Shown here: positions 11,529-22,308 of the stretch, in pieces | How the letters are laid out: each line of letters begins with the position of its first letter | Position numbering within the stretch: the first letter of the stretch is position 1 | From: Escherichia coli | GTDB lineage: Bacteria > Pseudomonadota > Gammaproteobacteria > Enterobacterales > Enterobacteriaceae | Length of the DNA stretch: 64,000 bases | Assembly (NCBI RefSeq): GCF_003334765.1 | Contig: NZ_QOWT01000014.1 | Reading direction: 5' to 3' (one strand) | Translations under genes and position numbers: made by a program | Notes under the pieces: model-generated | What the model was told of the DNA's origin: nothing | The model's input: only the letters and a program-made list of their open reading frames with translations | The model's database searches: none

Positions 11529-12680
11529 ATGAAAAACAAATTACCGCCATTTATCGAGATTTACCGCGCTCTGATTGCCACACCTTCAATAAGCGCCACG
11601 GAAGAGGCACTCGATCAAAGCAATGCAGATTTAATCACTCTGCTGGCGGACTGGTTTAAAGATTTGGGCTTCAATGTGGAAGTGCAGCCTGTTCCAGGAA
11701 CTCGCAACAAATTCAATATGCTGGCAAGTATCGGACAGGGGGCTGGCGGCTTGTTGCTGGCGGGGCATACCGATACGGTGCCATTTGATGACGGTCGCTG
11801 GACGCGCGATCCGTTTACACTGACGGAGCATGACGGCAAGCTTTACGGCTTAGGCACCGCCGACATGAAAGGCTTTTTTGCGTTTATCCTTGATGCGCTA
11901 CGCGATGTCGACGTCACGAAACTGAAAAAACCGCTCTACATTCTGGCGACTGCTGATGAAGAAACCAGTATGGCCGGAGCGCGTTATTTTGCCGAAACTA
12001 CCGCCCTGCGCCCGGATTGCGCCATCATTGGCGAACCGACGTCACTACAACCGGTACGCGCACATAAAGGTCATATCTCTAACGCCATCCGTATTCAGGG
12101 CCAGTCGGGGCACTCCAGCGATCCAGCACGCGGAGTTAACGCTATCGAACTAATGCACGACGCCATCGGGCATATTTTGCAATTGCGCGATAACCTGAAA
12201 GAACGTTATCACTACGAAGCGTTTACCGTGCCATACCCTACGCTCAACCTCGGGCATATTCACGGTGGCGACGCTTCTAACCGTATTTGCGCTTGCTGTG
12301 AGTTGCATATGGATATTCGTCCGCTGCCTGGCATGACACTCAATGAACTTAATGGTTTGCTCAACGATGCATTGGCTCCGGTGAGCGAACGCTGGCCGGG
12401 TCGTCTGACGGTCGACGAGCTGCATCCGCCGATCCCTGGCTATGAATGCCCACCGAATCATCAACTGGTTGAAGTGGTTGAGAAATTGCTCGGAGCAAAA
12501 ACCGAAGTGGTGAACTACTGTACCGAAGCGCCGTTTATTCAAACGTTATGCCCGACGCTGGTGTTGGGGCCTGGCTCAATTAATCAGGCTCATCAACCTG
12601 ATGAATATCTGGAAACACGGTTTATCAAGCCCACCCGCGAACTGATAACCCAGGTAATTCACCATTTTTGCTGGCATTAA
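11529..12680 (+). CDS. argE: acetylornithine deacetylase
   Basis: Recognised ArgE; start at [15 protein letters not shown] gives 383 aa. The ORF-track start at 11490 lies inside the ARG boxes. Confidence 0.93.
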
Positions 12681-12907
12681 AACGTAGGCCGGATAAGGCG
12701 CTCGCGCCGCATCCGGCGCTGTTGCCAAACTCCAGTGCCGCAATAATGTCGGATGCGATGCTTGCGCATCTTATCCGACCTACAGTGACTCAAACGATGC
12801 CCAACCGTAGGCCGGATAAGGCGCTCGCGCCGCATCCGGCACTGTTGCCAAACTCCAGTGCCGCAATAATGTCGGATGCGATACTTGCGCATCTTATCCG
12901 ACCTACA
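12681..12907. repeat. tandem duplication (about 123 bp unit, 2 copies) of a BIME made of two inverted REP palindromes
   Basis: Unit GTAGGCCGGATAAGGCGCTCGCGCCGCATCCGGC...GCCGCAATAATGTCGGATGCGATGCTTGCGCATCTTATCCGACCTACA occurs twice (from about 12684 and 12807), with only single-base differences visible. Confidence 0.9.
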
Positions 12908-13154
12908 CCTTTGGTGTTACTTGGGGCGATTTTTTAACATTTCCATAAGTTACGCTTATTTAAAGCGTCGTGAATTTAATGACGTAAATTCCTGCTATTT
13001 ATTCGTTTGCTGAAGCGATTTCGCAGCATTTGACGTCACCGCTTTTACGTGGCTTTATAAAAGACGACGAAAAGCAAAGCCCGAGCATATTCGCGCCAAT
13101 GCGACGTGAAGGATACAGGGCTATCAAACGATAAGATGGGGTGTCTGGGGTAAT

Positions 13155-15806
13155 ATGAACGAACAATATTCCGCATTGCGTAGTAATGTCAGTATGCTCG
13201 GCAAAGTGCTGGGAGAAACCATCAAGGATGCGTTGGGAGAACACATTCTTGAACGCGTAGAAACTATCCGTAAGTTGTCGAAATCTTCACGCGCTGGCAA
13301 TGATGCTAACCGCCAGGAGTTGCTCACCACCTTACAAAATTTGTCGAACGACGAGCTGCTGCCCGTTGCGCGTGCGTTTAGTCAGTTCCTGAACCTGGCC
13401 AACACCGCCGAGCAATACCACAGCATTTCGCCGAAAGGCGAAGCTGCCAGCAACCCGGAAGTGATCGCCCGCACCCTGCGTAAACTGAAAAACCAGCCGG
13501 AACTGAGCGAAGACACCATCAAAAAAGCAGTGGAATCGCTGTCGCTGGAACTGGTCCTCACGGCTCACCCAACCGAAATTACCCGTCGTACACTGATCCA
13601 CAAAATGGTGGAAGTGAACGCCTGTTTAAAACAGCTCGATAACAAAGATATCGCTGACTACGAACACAACCAGCTGATGCGTCGCCTGCGCCAGTTGATC
13701 GCCCAGTCATGGCATACCGATGAAATCCGTAAGCTGCGTCCAAGCCCGGTAGATGAAGCCAAATGGGGCTTTGCCGTAGTGGAAAACAGCCTGTGGCAAG
13801 GCGTACCAAATTACCTGCGCGAACTGAACGAACAACTGGAAGAGAACCTCGGCTACAAACTGCCCGTCGAATTTGTTCCGGTCCGTTTTACTTCGTGGAT
13901 GGGCGGCGACCGCGACGGCAACCCGAACGTCACTGCCGATATCACCCGCCACGTCCTGCTACTCAGCCGCTGGAAAGCCACCGATTTGTTCCTGAAAGAT
14001 ATTCAGGTGCTGGTTTCTGAACTGTCGATGGTTGAAGCGACCCCTGAACTGCTGGCGCTGGTTGGCGAAGAAGGTGCCGCAGAACCGTATCGCTATCTGA
14101 TGAAAAACCTGCGTTCTCGCCTGATGGCGACACAGGCATGGCTGGAAGCGCGCCTGAAAGGCGAAGAACTGCCAAAACCAGAAGGCCTGCTGACACAAAA
14201 CGAAGAACTGTGGGAACCGCTCTACGCTTGCTACCAGTCACTTCAGGCGTGTGGCATGGGTATTATCGCCAACGGCGATCTGCTCGACACCCTGCGCCGC
14301 GTGAAATGTTTCGGCGTACCGCTGGTCCGTATTGATATCCGTCAGGAGAGCACGCGTCATACCGAAGCGCTGGGCGAGCTGACCCGCTACCTCGGTATCG
14401 GCGACTACGAAAGCTGGTCAGAGGCCGACAAACAAGCGTTCCTGATCCGCGAACTGAACTCCAAACGTCCGCTTCTGCCGCGCAACTGGCAACCAAGCGC
14501 CGAAACGCGCGAAGTGCTCGATACCTGCCAGGTGATTGCCGAAGCACCGCAAGGCTCCATTGCCGCCTACGTGATCTCGATGGCGAAAACGCCGTCCGAC
14601 GTACTGGCTGTCCACCTGCTGCTGAAAGAAGCGGGTATCGGGTTTGCGATGCCGGTTGCTCCGCTGTTTGAAACCCTCGATGATCTGAACAACGCCAACG
14701 ATGTCATGACCCAGCTGCTCAATATTGACTGGTATCGTGGCCTGATTCAGGGCAAACAGATGGTGATGATTGGCTATTCCGACTCAGCAAAAGATGCGGG
14801 AGTGATGGCAGCTTCCTGGGCGCAATATCAGGCACAGGATGCATTAATCAAAACCTGCGAAAAAGCGGGTATTGAGCTGACGTTGTTCCACGGTCGCGGC
14901 GGTTCCATTGGTCGCGGCGGCGCACCTGCTCATGCGGCGCTGCTGTCACAACCGCCAGGAAGCCTGAAAGGCGGCCTGCGCGTAACCGAACAGGGCGAGA
15001 TGATCCGCTTTAAATATGGTCTGCCAGAAATCACCGTCAGCAGCCTGTCGCTTTATACCGGGGCGATTCTGGAAGCCAACCTGCTGCCACCGCCGGAGCC
15101 GAAAGAGAGCTGGCGTCGCATTATGGATGAACTGTCAGTCATCTCCTGCGATGTCTACCGCGGCTACGTACGTGAAAACAAAGATTTTGTGCCTTACTTC
15201 CGCTCCGCTACGCCGGAACAAGAACTGGGCAAACTGCCGTTGGGTTCACGTCCGGCGAAACGTCGCCCAACCGGCGGCGTCGAGTCACTACGCGCCATTC
15301 CGTGGATCTTCGCCTGGACGCAAAACCGTCTGATGCTCCCCGCCTGGCTGGGTGCAGGTACGGCGCTGCAAAAAGTGGTCGAAGACGGCAAACAGAGCGA
15401 GCTGGAGGCTATGTGCCGCGATTGGCCATTCTTCTCGACGCGTCTCGGCATGCTGGAGATGGTCTTCGCCAAAGCAGACCTGTGGCTGGCGGAATACTAT
15501 GACCAACGCCTGGTAGACAAAGCACTGTGGCCGTTAGGTAAAGAGTTACGCAACCTGCAAGAAGAAGACATCAAAGTGGTGCTGGCGATTGCCAACGATT
15601 CCCATCTGATGGCCGATCTGCCGTGGATTGCAGAGTCTATTCAGCTACGGAATATTTACACCGACCCGCTGAACGTATTGCAGGCCGAGTTGCTGCACCG
15701 CTCCCGCCAGGCAGAAAAAGAAGGCCAGGAACCGGATCCTCGCGTCGAACAAGCGTTAATGGTCACTATTGCCGGGATTGCGGCAGGTATGCGTAATACC
15801 GGCTAA
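13155..15806 (+). CDS. ppc: phosphoenolpyruvate carboxylase
   Basis: 883 aa ORF recognised as Ppc; conserved VLTAHPTE and C-terminal ...MRNTG. Confidence 0.97.
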   Translation: MNEQYSALRSNVSMLGKVLGETIKDALGEHILERVETIRKLSKSSRAGNDANRQELLTTLQNLSNDELLPVARAFSQFLNLANTAEQYHSISPKGEAASNPEVIARTLRKLKNQPELSEDTIKKAVESLSLELVLTAHPTEITRRTLIHKMVEVNACLKQLDNKDIADYEHNQLMRRLRQLIAQSWHTDEIRKLRPSPVDEAKWGFAVVENSLWQGVPNYLRELNEQLEENLGYKLPVEFVPVRFTSWMGGDRDGNPNVTADITRHVLLLSRWKATDLFLKDIQVLVSELSMVEATPELLALVGEEGAAEPYRYLMKNLRSRLMATQAWLEARLKGEELPKPEGLLTQNEELWEPLYACYQSLQACGMGIIANGDLLDTLRRVKCFGVPLVRIDIRQESTRHTEALGELTRYLGIGDYESWSEADKQAFLIRELNSKRPLLPRNWQPSAETREVLDTCQVIAEAPQGSIAAYVISMAKTPSDVLAVHLLLKEAGIGFAMPVAPLFETLDDLNNANDVMTQLLNIDWYRGLIQGKQMVMIGYSDSAKDAGVMAASWAQYQAQDALIKTCEKAGIELTLFHGRGGSIGRGGAPAHAALLSQPPGSLKGGLRVTEQGEMIRFKYGLPEITVSSLSLYTGAILEANLLPPPEPKESWRRIMDELSVISCDVYRGYVRENKDFVPYFRSATPEQELGKLPLGSRPAKRRPTGGVESLRAIPWIFAWTQNRLMLPAWLGAGTALQKVVEDGKQSELEAMCRDWPFFSTRLGMLEMVFAKADLWLAEYYDQRLVDKALWPLGKELRNLQEEDIKVVLAIANDSHLMADLPWIAESIQLRNIYTDPLNVLQAELLHRSRQAEKEGQEPDPRVEQALMVTIAGIAAGMRNTG

Positions 15807-15821
15807 TCTTCCTCTTCTGCA

Positions 15822-15850
15822 AACCCTCGTGCTTTTGCGCGAGGGTTTTC
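15822..15850 (+). terminator. intrinsic terminator downstream of ppc
   Basis: GC stem ACCCTCG...CGAGGGT followed by TTTTC. Confidence 0.7.
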
Positions 15851-15987
15851 TGAAATACTTCTGTTCTAACACCCTCGTTTTCAATATATTTCTGTCTGCA
15901 TTTTATTCAAATTCTGAATATACCTTCAGATATCCTTAAGGAATTGTCGTTACATTCGGCGATATTTTTTCAAGACAGGTTCTTACT

Positions 15988-17721
15988 ATGCATTCCACAG
16001 AAGTCCAGGCTAAACCTCTTTTTAGCTGGAAAGCCCTGGGTTGGGCACTGCTCTACTTTTGGTTTTTCTCTACTCTGCTACAGGCCATTATTTACATCAG
16101 TGGTTATAGTGGCACTAACGGCATTCGCGACTCGCTGTTATTCAGTTCGCTGTGGTTGATCCCGGTATTCCTCTTTCCGAAGCGGATTAAAATTATTGCC
16201 GCAGTAATCGGCGTGGTGCTATGGGCGGCCTCTCTGGCGGCGCTGTGCTACTACGTCATCTACGGTCAGGAGTTCTCGCAGAGCGTTCTGTTTGTGATGT
16301 TCGAAACCAACACCAACGAAGCCAGCGAGTATTTAAGCCAGTATTTCAGCCTGAAAATTGTGCTTATCGCGCTGGCCTATACGGCGGTGGCAGTTCTGCT
16401 GTGGACACGCCTGCGCCCGGTCTATATTCCAAAGCCGTGGCGTTATGTTGTCTCTTTTGCCCTGCTTTATGGCTTGATTCTGCATCCGATCGCCATGAAT
16501 ACGTTTATCAAAAACAAGCCGTTTGAGAAAACGTTGGATAACCTGGCCTCGCGTATGGAGCCTGCCGCACCGTGGCAATTCCTGACCGGCTATTATCAGT
16601 ATCGTCAGCAACTAAACTCGCTAACAAAGTTACTGAATGAAAATAATGCCTTGCCGCCACTGGCTAATTTCAAAGATGAATCGGGTAACGAACCGCGCAC
16701 TTTAGTGCTGGTGATTGGCGAGTCGACCCAGCGCGGACGCATGAGTCTGTACGGTTATCCGCGTGAAACCACGCCGGAGCTGGATGCGCTGCATAAAACC
16801 GATCCGAATCTGACCGTGTTTAATAACGTAGTTACGTCTCGTCCGTACACCATTGAAATCCTGCAACAGGCGCTGACCTTTGCCAATGAAAAGAACCCGG
16901 ATCTGTATCTGACGCAGCCGTCGCTGATGAACATGATGAAACAGGCGGGTTATAAAACCTTCTGGATCACCAACCAGCAGACGATGACCGCCCGCAATAC
17001 CATGCTGACGGTATTTTCGCGCCAGACCGACAAGCAGTACTACATGAACCAGCAACGTACGCAGAGTGCGCGTGAATACGACACCAACGTGCTGAAGCCG
17101 TTCCAGGAAGTGCTGAATGACCCTGCGCCGAAGAAACTGATCATTGTTCATCTGCTGGGTACGCATATCAAATACAAATACCGCTACCCGGAAAATCAGG
17201 GCAAGTTTGATGGCAATACCGATCATGTTCCGCCGGGATTAAACGCGGAAGAGCTGGAGTCATATAACGATTATGACAACGCTAACCTGTATAACGATCA
17301 TGTGGTTGCCAGCCTGATTAAAGACTTTAAAGCAGCAAACCCGAACGGTTTCCTGGTTTATTTCTCTGACCACGGTGAAGAGGTTTACGACACGCCGCCG
17401 CACAAAACTCAGGGGCGTAATGAGGACAACCCGACGCGTCATATGTACACCATTCCGTTCCTGCTGTGGACGTCAGAAAAATGGCAAGCGACTCATCCCC
17501 GTGATTTCTCGCAGGATGTTGATCGTAAATACAGCCTGGCGGAACTGATCCACACCTGGTCAGATTTGGCGGGCTTATCTTACGACGGTTACGATCCAAC
17601 CCGTTCAGTGGTGAATCCGCAGTTCAAAGAAACTACCCGCTGGATTGGTAACCCGTATAAGAAAAACGCACTGATCGATTACGACACACTGCCCTATGGC
17701 GATCAGGTGGGTAATCAGTAA
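15988..17721 (+). CDS. eptC: phosphoethanolamine transferase (LPS core modification)
   Basis: 577 aa ORF with N-terminal multi-TM region and C-terminal sulfatase-like domain; recognised as EptC/YijP/CptA. Confidence 0.9.
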   Translation: MHSTEVQAKPLFSWKALGWALLYFWFFSTLLQAIIYISGYSGTNGIRDSLLFSSLWLIPVFLFPKRIKIIAAVIGVVLWAASLAALCYYVIYGQEFSQSVLFVMFETNTNEASEYLSQYFSLKIVLIALAYTAVAVLLWTRLRPVYIPKPWRYVVSFALLYGLILHPIAMNTFIKNKPFEKTLDNLASRMEPAAPWQFLTGYYQYRQQLNSLTKLLNENNALPPLANFKDESGNEPRTLVLVIGESTQRGRMSLYGYPRETTPELDALHKTDPNLTVFNNVVTSRPYTIEILQQALTFANEKNPDLYLTQPSLMNMMKQAGYKTFWITNQQTMTARNTMLTVFSRQTDKQYYMNQQRTQSAREYDTNVLKPFQEVLNDPAPKKLIIVHLLGTHIKYKYRYPENQGKFDGNTDHVPPGLNAEELESYNDYDNANLYNDHVVASLIKDFKAANPNGFLVYFSDHGEEVYDTPPHKTQGRNEDNPTRHMYTIPFLLWTSEKWQATHPRDFSQDVDRKYSLAELIHTWSDLAGLSYDGYDPTRSVVNPQFKETTRWIGNPYKKNALIDYDTLPYGDQVGNQ

Positions 17722-17740
17722 TTATCAGCCAGGCGCTATT

Positions 17741-17825
17741 TGCCGGATGCGACGCTTGACGCGTCTTATCCGGCCTACAGATCGCGGCGGTAGGCTGGAT
17801 AAGGCGTTTACGCCACATCCGGCAA
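17741..17825. repeat. REP pair (BIME) downstream of eptC
   Basis: TGCCGGATGCGACGCTTGACGCGTCTTATCCGGCCTACA and inverted GTAGGCTGGATAAGGCGTTTACGCCACATCCGGCA. Confidence 0.85.
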
Positions 17826-17858
17826 TACAACTGCCGCAATGTTTACATCGAACTCCCC

Positions 17859-17888
17859 TCAGGCCACACTTTTCAGGTGGCCTTTTTT
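17859..17888 (+). terminator. intrinsic terminator between eptC and yijO
   Basis: AGGCCAC-ACTTTTCAG-GTGGCCT followed by TTTTTT. Confidence 0.7.
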
Positions 17889-17935
17889 AATAATGCCAGT
17901 TACTGTTTTCCCGTCTACATACCTAAGGGAATAAC

Positions 17936-18787
17936 ATGTATCACGACGTCAGCTATCTGCTCTCCCGCCTGATCAACGGCCCGCTGTCCCTGCGCCAGAT
18001 TTACTTTGCCAGCAGTAACGGCCCGGTGCCCGATCTTGCGTATCAGGTCGATTTTCCACGGCTGGAAATTGTGCTGGAAGGTGAGTTTGTTGATACCGGC
18101 GCTGGAGCAACGTTAGTTCCCGGCGATGTGCTGTACGTTCCTGCTGGTGGCTGGAATTTTCCACAATGGCAAGCCCCCGCTACTACCTTTAGCGTGCTGT
18201 TTGGCAAACAGCAACTCGGCTTCAGCGTCGTGCAATGGGATGGCAAACAATATCAAAATCTGGCGAAGCAACACGTCGCCCGACGCGGCCCACGCATAGG
18301 TTCTTTTCTGCTACAAACGCTCAATGAAATGCAAATGCAGCCGCAGGAGCAGCAAACGGCAAGGCTTATCGTCGCCAGCCTGCTTAGCCACTGCCGCGAT
18401 TTGCTTGGCAGCCAAATCCAGACCGCCTCACGCAGCCAGGCACTATTTGAAGCTATTCGCGATTATATCGACGAACGCTATGCCTCCGCGCTTACCCGCG
18501 AATCTGTTGCACAGGCGTTTTATATTTCGCCAAATTACCTCTCGCACCTGTTTCAAAAAACGGGGGCCATTGGTTTTAACGAATACCTGAATCACACGCG
18601 ACTGGAGCACGCTAAGACGTTATTGAAAGGCTATGACCTGAAGGTAAAAGAAGTGGCGCACGCCTGCGGCTTTGTCGACAGCAACTACTTCTGCCGTCTG
18701 TTTCGTAAAAACACCGAACGCTCGCCGTCGGAATATCGCCGGCAGTACCACAGCCAACTGACAGAAAAACCGACTACTCCAGAATAA
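17936..18787 (+). CDS. yijO: AraC-family transcriptional regulator of unknown target
   Basis: 283 aa ORF with a C-terminal AraC-type HTH (YISPNYLSHLFQK ... YFCRLFRK); position matches K-12 yijO. Confidence 0.85.
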   Translation: MYHDVSYLLSRLINGPLSLRQIYFASSNGPVPDLAYQVDFPRLEIVLEGEFVDTGAGATLVPGDVLYVPAGGWNFPQWQAPATTFSVLFGKQQLGFSVVQWDGKQYQNLAKQHVARRGPRIGSFLLQTLNEMQMQPQEQQTARLIVASLLSHCRDLLGSQIQTASRSQALFEAIRDYIDERYASALTRESVAQAFYISPNYLSHLFQKTGAIGFNEYLNHTRLEHAKTLLKGYDLKVKEVAHACGFVDSNYFCRLFRKNTERSPSEYRRQYHSQLTEKPTTPE

Positions 18788-19115
18788 GATGGGTTTGCTG
18801 CGGCGCAGAAAGCACTTTGCGCACCGCGCTCATTACCCGCTGCGGCTCACGCAGGAATGCGTAGATGCTGCATTGCACATAGCGGCAATGTTCAAATCGC
18901 TCGGCACCGGCAAGCTCGATATCCGTAATCAACAGAGCAACATCCGCCCGGCGGATATCCTCATCCGCTAAACGATTCTCCGTTCCCAGCGCGCCCTGAG
19001 TTTCAATGCTGACTCCCCACTTCTCTAACAGGCACAACTTTTCCAGCCGTTCCGCCGCCATATAAGTATGCGCCACGCCGCTTACGCAGGCGGTTACTGC
19101 CACCAGGTATGCCAT
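18774..19115 (-). CDS. frwD: PTS fructose-like EIIB component 2
   Basis: Start at MAYLVAVTACVSGVAHTYMAAE gives 113 aa; fructose-type IIB phospho-Cys motif (ACxSGVAHT). The 3' end overlaps the yijO 3' end by 14 bp. Confidence 0.88.
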   Translation of the reverse strand: MAYLVAVTACVSGVAHTYMAAERLEKLCLLEKWGVSIETQGALGTENRLADEDIRRADVALLITDIELAGAERFEHCRYVQCSIYAFLREPQRVMSAVRKVLSAPQQTHLILE

Positions 19116-19116
19116 T

Positions 19117-19995
19117 TTAACCTCCCACGGTAACCTGAAGTCCGGCCCGTTCTGCCATTTCGCGCATCGTTGCCACATCAGCTGACGACGGCGCAGGCAC
19201 CTCTTTCATCGACCATGTTTTCCCCAGCAGGCGGTATTTCGGTTCGCCGTACTGATGAAACGGTAACAGATGGATCTGCCTGATATTCAGCGGGATCAGT
19301 ACATCCAGCGCCTGCTGCATATTCTCCCGGCTGAGCGTGAAACCAGGGATCAGCGGTAAACGCGGGATCACGTTGACGCCCTCACTCACCAGCAAACGCA
19401 GATTCTCCAGCACGCGTGGCAGGTTCATCTTCACCACATCCCGCGCCTGAGTCGCGTCCATAATTTTTAAATCGAACAACACTTCATCGCACAATTTCGC
19501 CAGCGGTAATAGCTTGCTGGCTGGTGCGTCTCCGGCAGTTTCAATGGCGCATGACACACCCCACAGCCGCAGTCGCTGTAAAAAACGGGTAGCAAACTCC
19601 GCCTGCATTAACACTTCGCCGCCAGAAAGCGTGACGCCGCCGCCGGACGTGCGAAAGAAAATGTCATCTTTCATCACTTCCCGTTCCAGAGCGTCAAGGC
19701 TGATATCGCGACCAATCCGTTCAAACGCCCCGGAGGGGCATTCATCCGCATCACGCAAACATTTCGCACAGTGCAGACATTTCGCCTCTCTGCGTACCGT
19801 CTGGATTTTGCCGGAGATCGACTCCGGATTAGCACACCACGGGCAAAGATGCGGACAGCCTTTAAAAAAGACCACCGTACGAATGCCCTCGCCGTCATTC
19901 AGTGAATAACGCTGAATGTTGAAAATGCGCGCCACATCATCGCGGCGCGTTTCCACAACGTTACAGCTGATGCGCTGTCCGGCGGATGATGTCAT
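19117..19995 (-). CDS. pflC: glycyl-radical enzyme activating enzyme (radical SAM)
   Basis: Start at MTSSAGQ gives 292 aa; radical-SAM CPHLCPWC motif plus a second Cys cluster CLHCAKCLRDADECP. Confidence 0.9.
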   Translation of the reverse strand: MTSSAGQRISCNVVETRRDDVARIFNIQRYSLNDGEGIRTVVFFKGCPHLCPWCANPESISGKIQTVRREAKCLHCAKCLRDADECPSGAFERIGRDISLDALEREVMKDDIFFRTSGGGVTLSGGEVLMQAEFATRFLQRLRLWGVSCAIETAGDAPASKLLPLAKLCDEVLFDLKIMDATQARDVVKMNLPRVLENLRLLVSEGVNVIPRLPLIPGFTLSRENMQQALDVLIPLNIRQIHLLPFHQYGEPKYRLLGKTWSMKEVPAPSSADVATMREMAERAGLQVTVGG

Positions 19996-22258
19996 CCTGG
20001 ATCTCCTTCGACAGTTCGACAAAGAAGGCGCTGTATCCGGCAACGCGCACCACCAGCCCGGCATAATCTTGTGGGCGCTGTTGCGCTTCCCGCAACGTGT
20101 CGGCGTTCACCACGTTAAACTGAATATGTTGTAACTTAAGCTGGGTAAACGCCCGTAAGAAGTCGGCCAGTTTGCGTAATCCTGCTTCACCTTCCAGGGT
20201 CGCCGGAGTGAATTTCACGTTCAGCAACGTACCGTTAGACAGCAGCGTGTTATCGAGCTTACTGACTGACTTCAGTACCGCTGTTGGCCCTTGTGCGTCC
20301 TGGCCCAGCATGGGTGACAAGCCGCCGTCTGCCAGCTGTTCTCCGGCAAAACGACCGTCTGGCGTCGCGCCAACCACCGATCCCAACGGGACGTGAGCAG
20401 AAACGGTATACGATCCCGGCGTGAAGTAGCCGCCGCGCGGGTTCTGGTATTTTTCCACTTCTTTGCAGTAGTGGCGCAACAGTTCGGCGCTGATGTTATC
20501 CACCTCGTCGATATCGTTACCGTATTTCTCGAAGCGGTTAATTAAGCGAGCGCGGACTTTTTCGCCTTCTGGCGTTGCGAAGTTGGCTTTTAATACCGAC
20601 AGCAATTCGTCAAAACTTAAACGCTGTTGCTCAAAAACCATCCCTTTCAACGCATGGAGAGAATCGCTCAGGTTGGCGATACCGATCCCCTGTACGCCGG
20701 AGAAGTTATAACGCGCGCCGCCATCGGTAATATCGCGGCCTTTTTCCAGACAATCGCTGATAAACGATGAGAGCAGCGGTACAGGTGCCCAGTCGCGATG
20801 GCCGATATCACAAATATTGCTGCCCTCAACCATCAGGGTGATGTAGTGGCTGATCTTGGCGCGGATCTGCTCCAGTAAACCTTCATAAGTCAGCGCAGCA
20901 TTGCCTTCATTTTCATGCAGGCAGATTTCCATCACTTTCAGCAGATTAAACATCGCGATGTCATGCAAGCCGTAGGTTCTGCCGGGAATAGATAATTCCA
21001 CACAGCCCACTACGGAATAGTCGCGCGCATCTTCCAGCGAAACGCCACGGTTGAGGAACGCTGGCACCACCACTTCATCGTTAAATATTTGCGGAATACC
21101 GGTGCCGAAGCGAATGGTTTCGGCGGTTTTCATCAGGAACGGCGTGTCGATCAAGGCGTTAGTGCGCACGCCGAGGTTCGGTTGCGGTAATTGCACGCTT
21201 TGATAGGCGTCAAGGCAAAGGAACGAAAGCACGTTCACCGCGCTACGTCCGTTCTCGGTTAACCCGCCGAGCAGTGCGGTATAGCCGGTCGGGAAACCGG
21301 CGAAATAACGCGCGCTACTGGTGGAGCGCAACAGCACGATGTCGTTGCATTTCACCCATAAAGATTCGAGCAGTTCTTTCAGGAACGCCGCATCTTCGCC
21401 CTGGGTTAATGATGTCTGATAGAACGGCAACATATACTGGTCGAAGCGCCCCAACGATAGCGAACTGGCGTTGGATTCGTATTGCAGAATGATGTTCATG
21501 TACCAGAATAACTGGCACGCCTGCCAGAACGTCTGCGGCTTATGTTGCGCGTTATGGCGGGAGATCTCTGCAATAGTCAGCAGCTCTTCGCGACGCTGGG
21601 CATCTGTGCAGTTTGCCGCCATCGTTTCCGCCAGTTCGGCGTAACGCAAAATGTGTTTCTGCGAGGCTTCCAGCAGTAACAACGCGGCCTGATAAAAGTG
21701 ATTCTCCGGCTGTTGCTGACAATGTTGCTGCATCTGTGCCACCAGCTCACCCAGCCCGTGATTCAACAGGCGTGGGTAATCAATAATAATGTGCCCCTGG
21801 CCTTTATCCGTCTGGTTGATGCTGAAAATCTGCGTGTTGGTCGCGGCTTTTACTTCATCTGTCATCTGCCCGTTGATGAAATCTTTCATCGAACGTTTTT
21901 CCCAGTACGGGAACAACTCTTCACGGTAGATACGTTTATCTTCTTCGCTGATAGCAAAGCGGTCCTGCGGACGCGTCGGGAATTGATCCAGCTCTTTCAG
22001 CAGCCAGTAAGGGTCCATTTCCGGCGACATAATCCCGGCGCGCGGTTTTACGGTGCGGTTACCGGCAATCAGTTCTTCATCACGAATCGAAATTTCAACA
22101 TGTTCAAGGATATACGCTGTTGCTTTCGCCCGGCGCAATATCACCGGTTCGCCTTCGGTTTGCCGATGGCTGGCGGTATAAAGCAGCGCCCGCTCCAGCG
22201 AGATTTCACGGGTATTGGCAAACAGTGCAGTTTTGAGGCGAGAGATACGATTCGTCAT
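19961..22258 (-). CDS. pflD: glycyl radical enzyme (annotated formate acetyltransferase 2; true activity unassigned)
   Basis: 765 aa ORF with C-terminal glycyl radical motif RVAGYSA and active-site region VVGCVELSIPG. Confidence 0.9.
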   Translation of the reverse strand: MTNRISRLKTALFANTREISLERALLYTASHRQTEGEPVILRRAKATAYILEHVEISIRDEELIAGNRTVKPRAGIMSPEMDPYWLLKELDQFPTRPQDRFAISEEDKRIYREELFPYWEKRSMKDFINGQMTDEVKAATNTQIFSINQTDKGQGHIIIDYPRLLNHGLGELVAQMQQHCQQQPENHFYQAALLLLEASQKHILRYAELAETMAANCTDAQRREELLTIAEISRHNAQHKPQTFWQACQLFWYMNIILQYESNASSLSLGRFDQYMLPFYQTSLTQGEDAAFLKELLESLWVKCNDIVLLRSTSSARYFAGFPTGYTALLGGLTENGRSAVNVLSFLCLDAYQSVQLPQPNLGVRTNALIDTPFLMKTAETIRFGTGIPQIFNDEVVVPAFLNRGVSLEDARDYSVVGCVELSIPGRTYGLHDIAMFNLLKVMEICLHENEGNAALTYEGLLEQIRAKISHYITLMVEGSNICDIGHRDWAPVPLLSSFISDCLEKGRDITDGGARYNFSGVQGIGIANLSDSLHALKGMVFEQQRLSFDELLSVLKANFATPEGEKVRARLINRFEKYGNDIDEVDNISAELLRHYCKEVEKYQNPRGGYFTPGSYTVSAHVPLGSVVGATPDGRFAGEQLADGGLSPMLGQDAQGPTAVLKSVSKLDNTLLSNGTLLNVKFTPATLEGEAGLRKLADFLRAFTQLKLQHIQFNVVNADTLREAQQRPQDYAGLVVRVAGYSAFFVELSKEIQDDIIRRTAHQL

Positions 22259-22308
22259 GAGGAACTCCTGTGGGAAAGCGAACCCGCCCTTGCGAGCGGG
22301 AGAAGAAC

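Noticed and set aside
12668-12937. Mirror-image ORFs (89 aa plus strand, 71 aa minus strand) with internally repeated peptides
   Set aside because: They are read through the tandem REP/BIME duplication. Their repetitiveness comes from the DNA repeat, not from a repeat protein.
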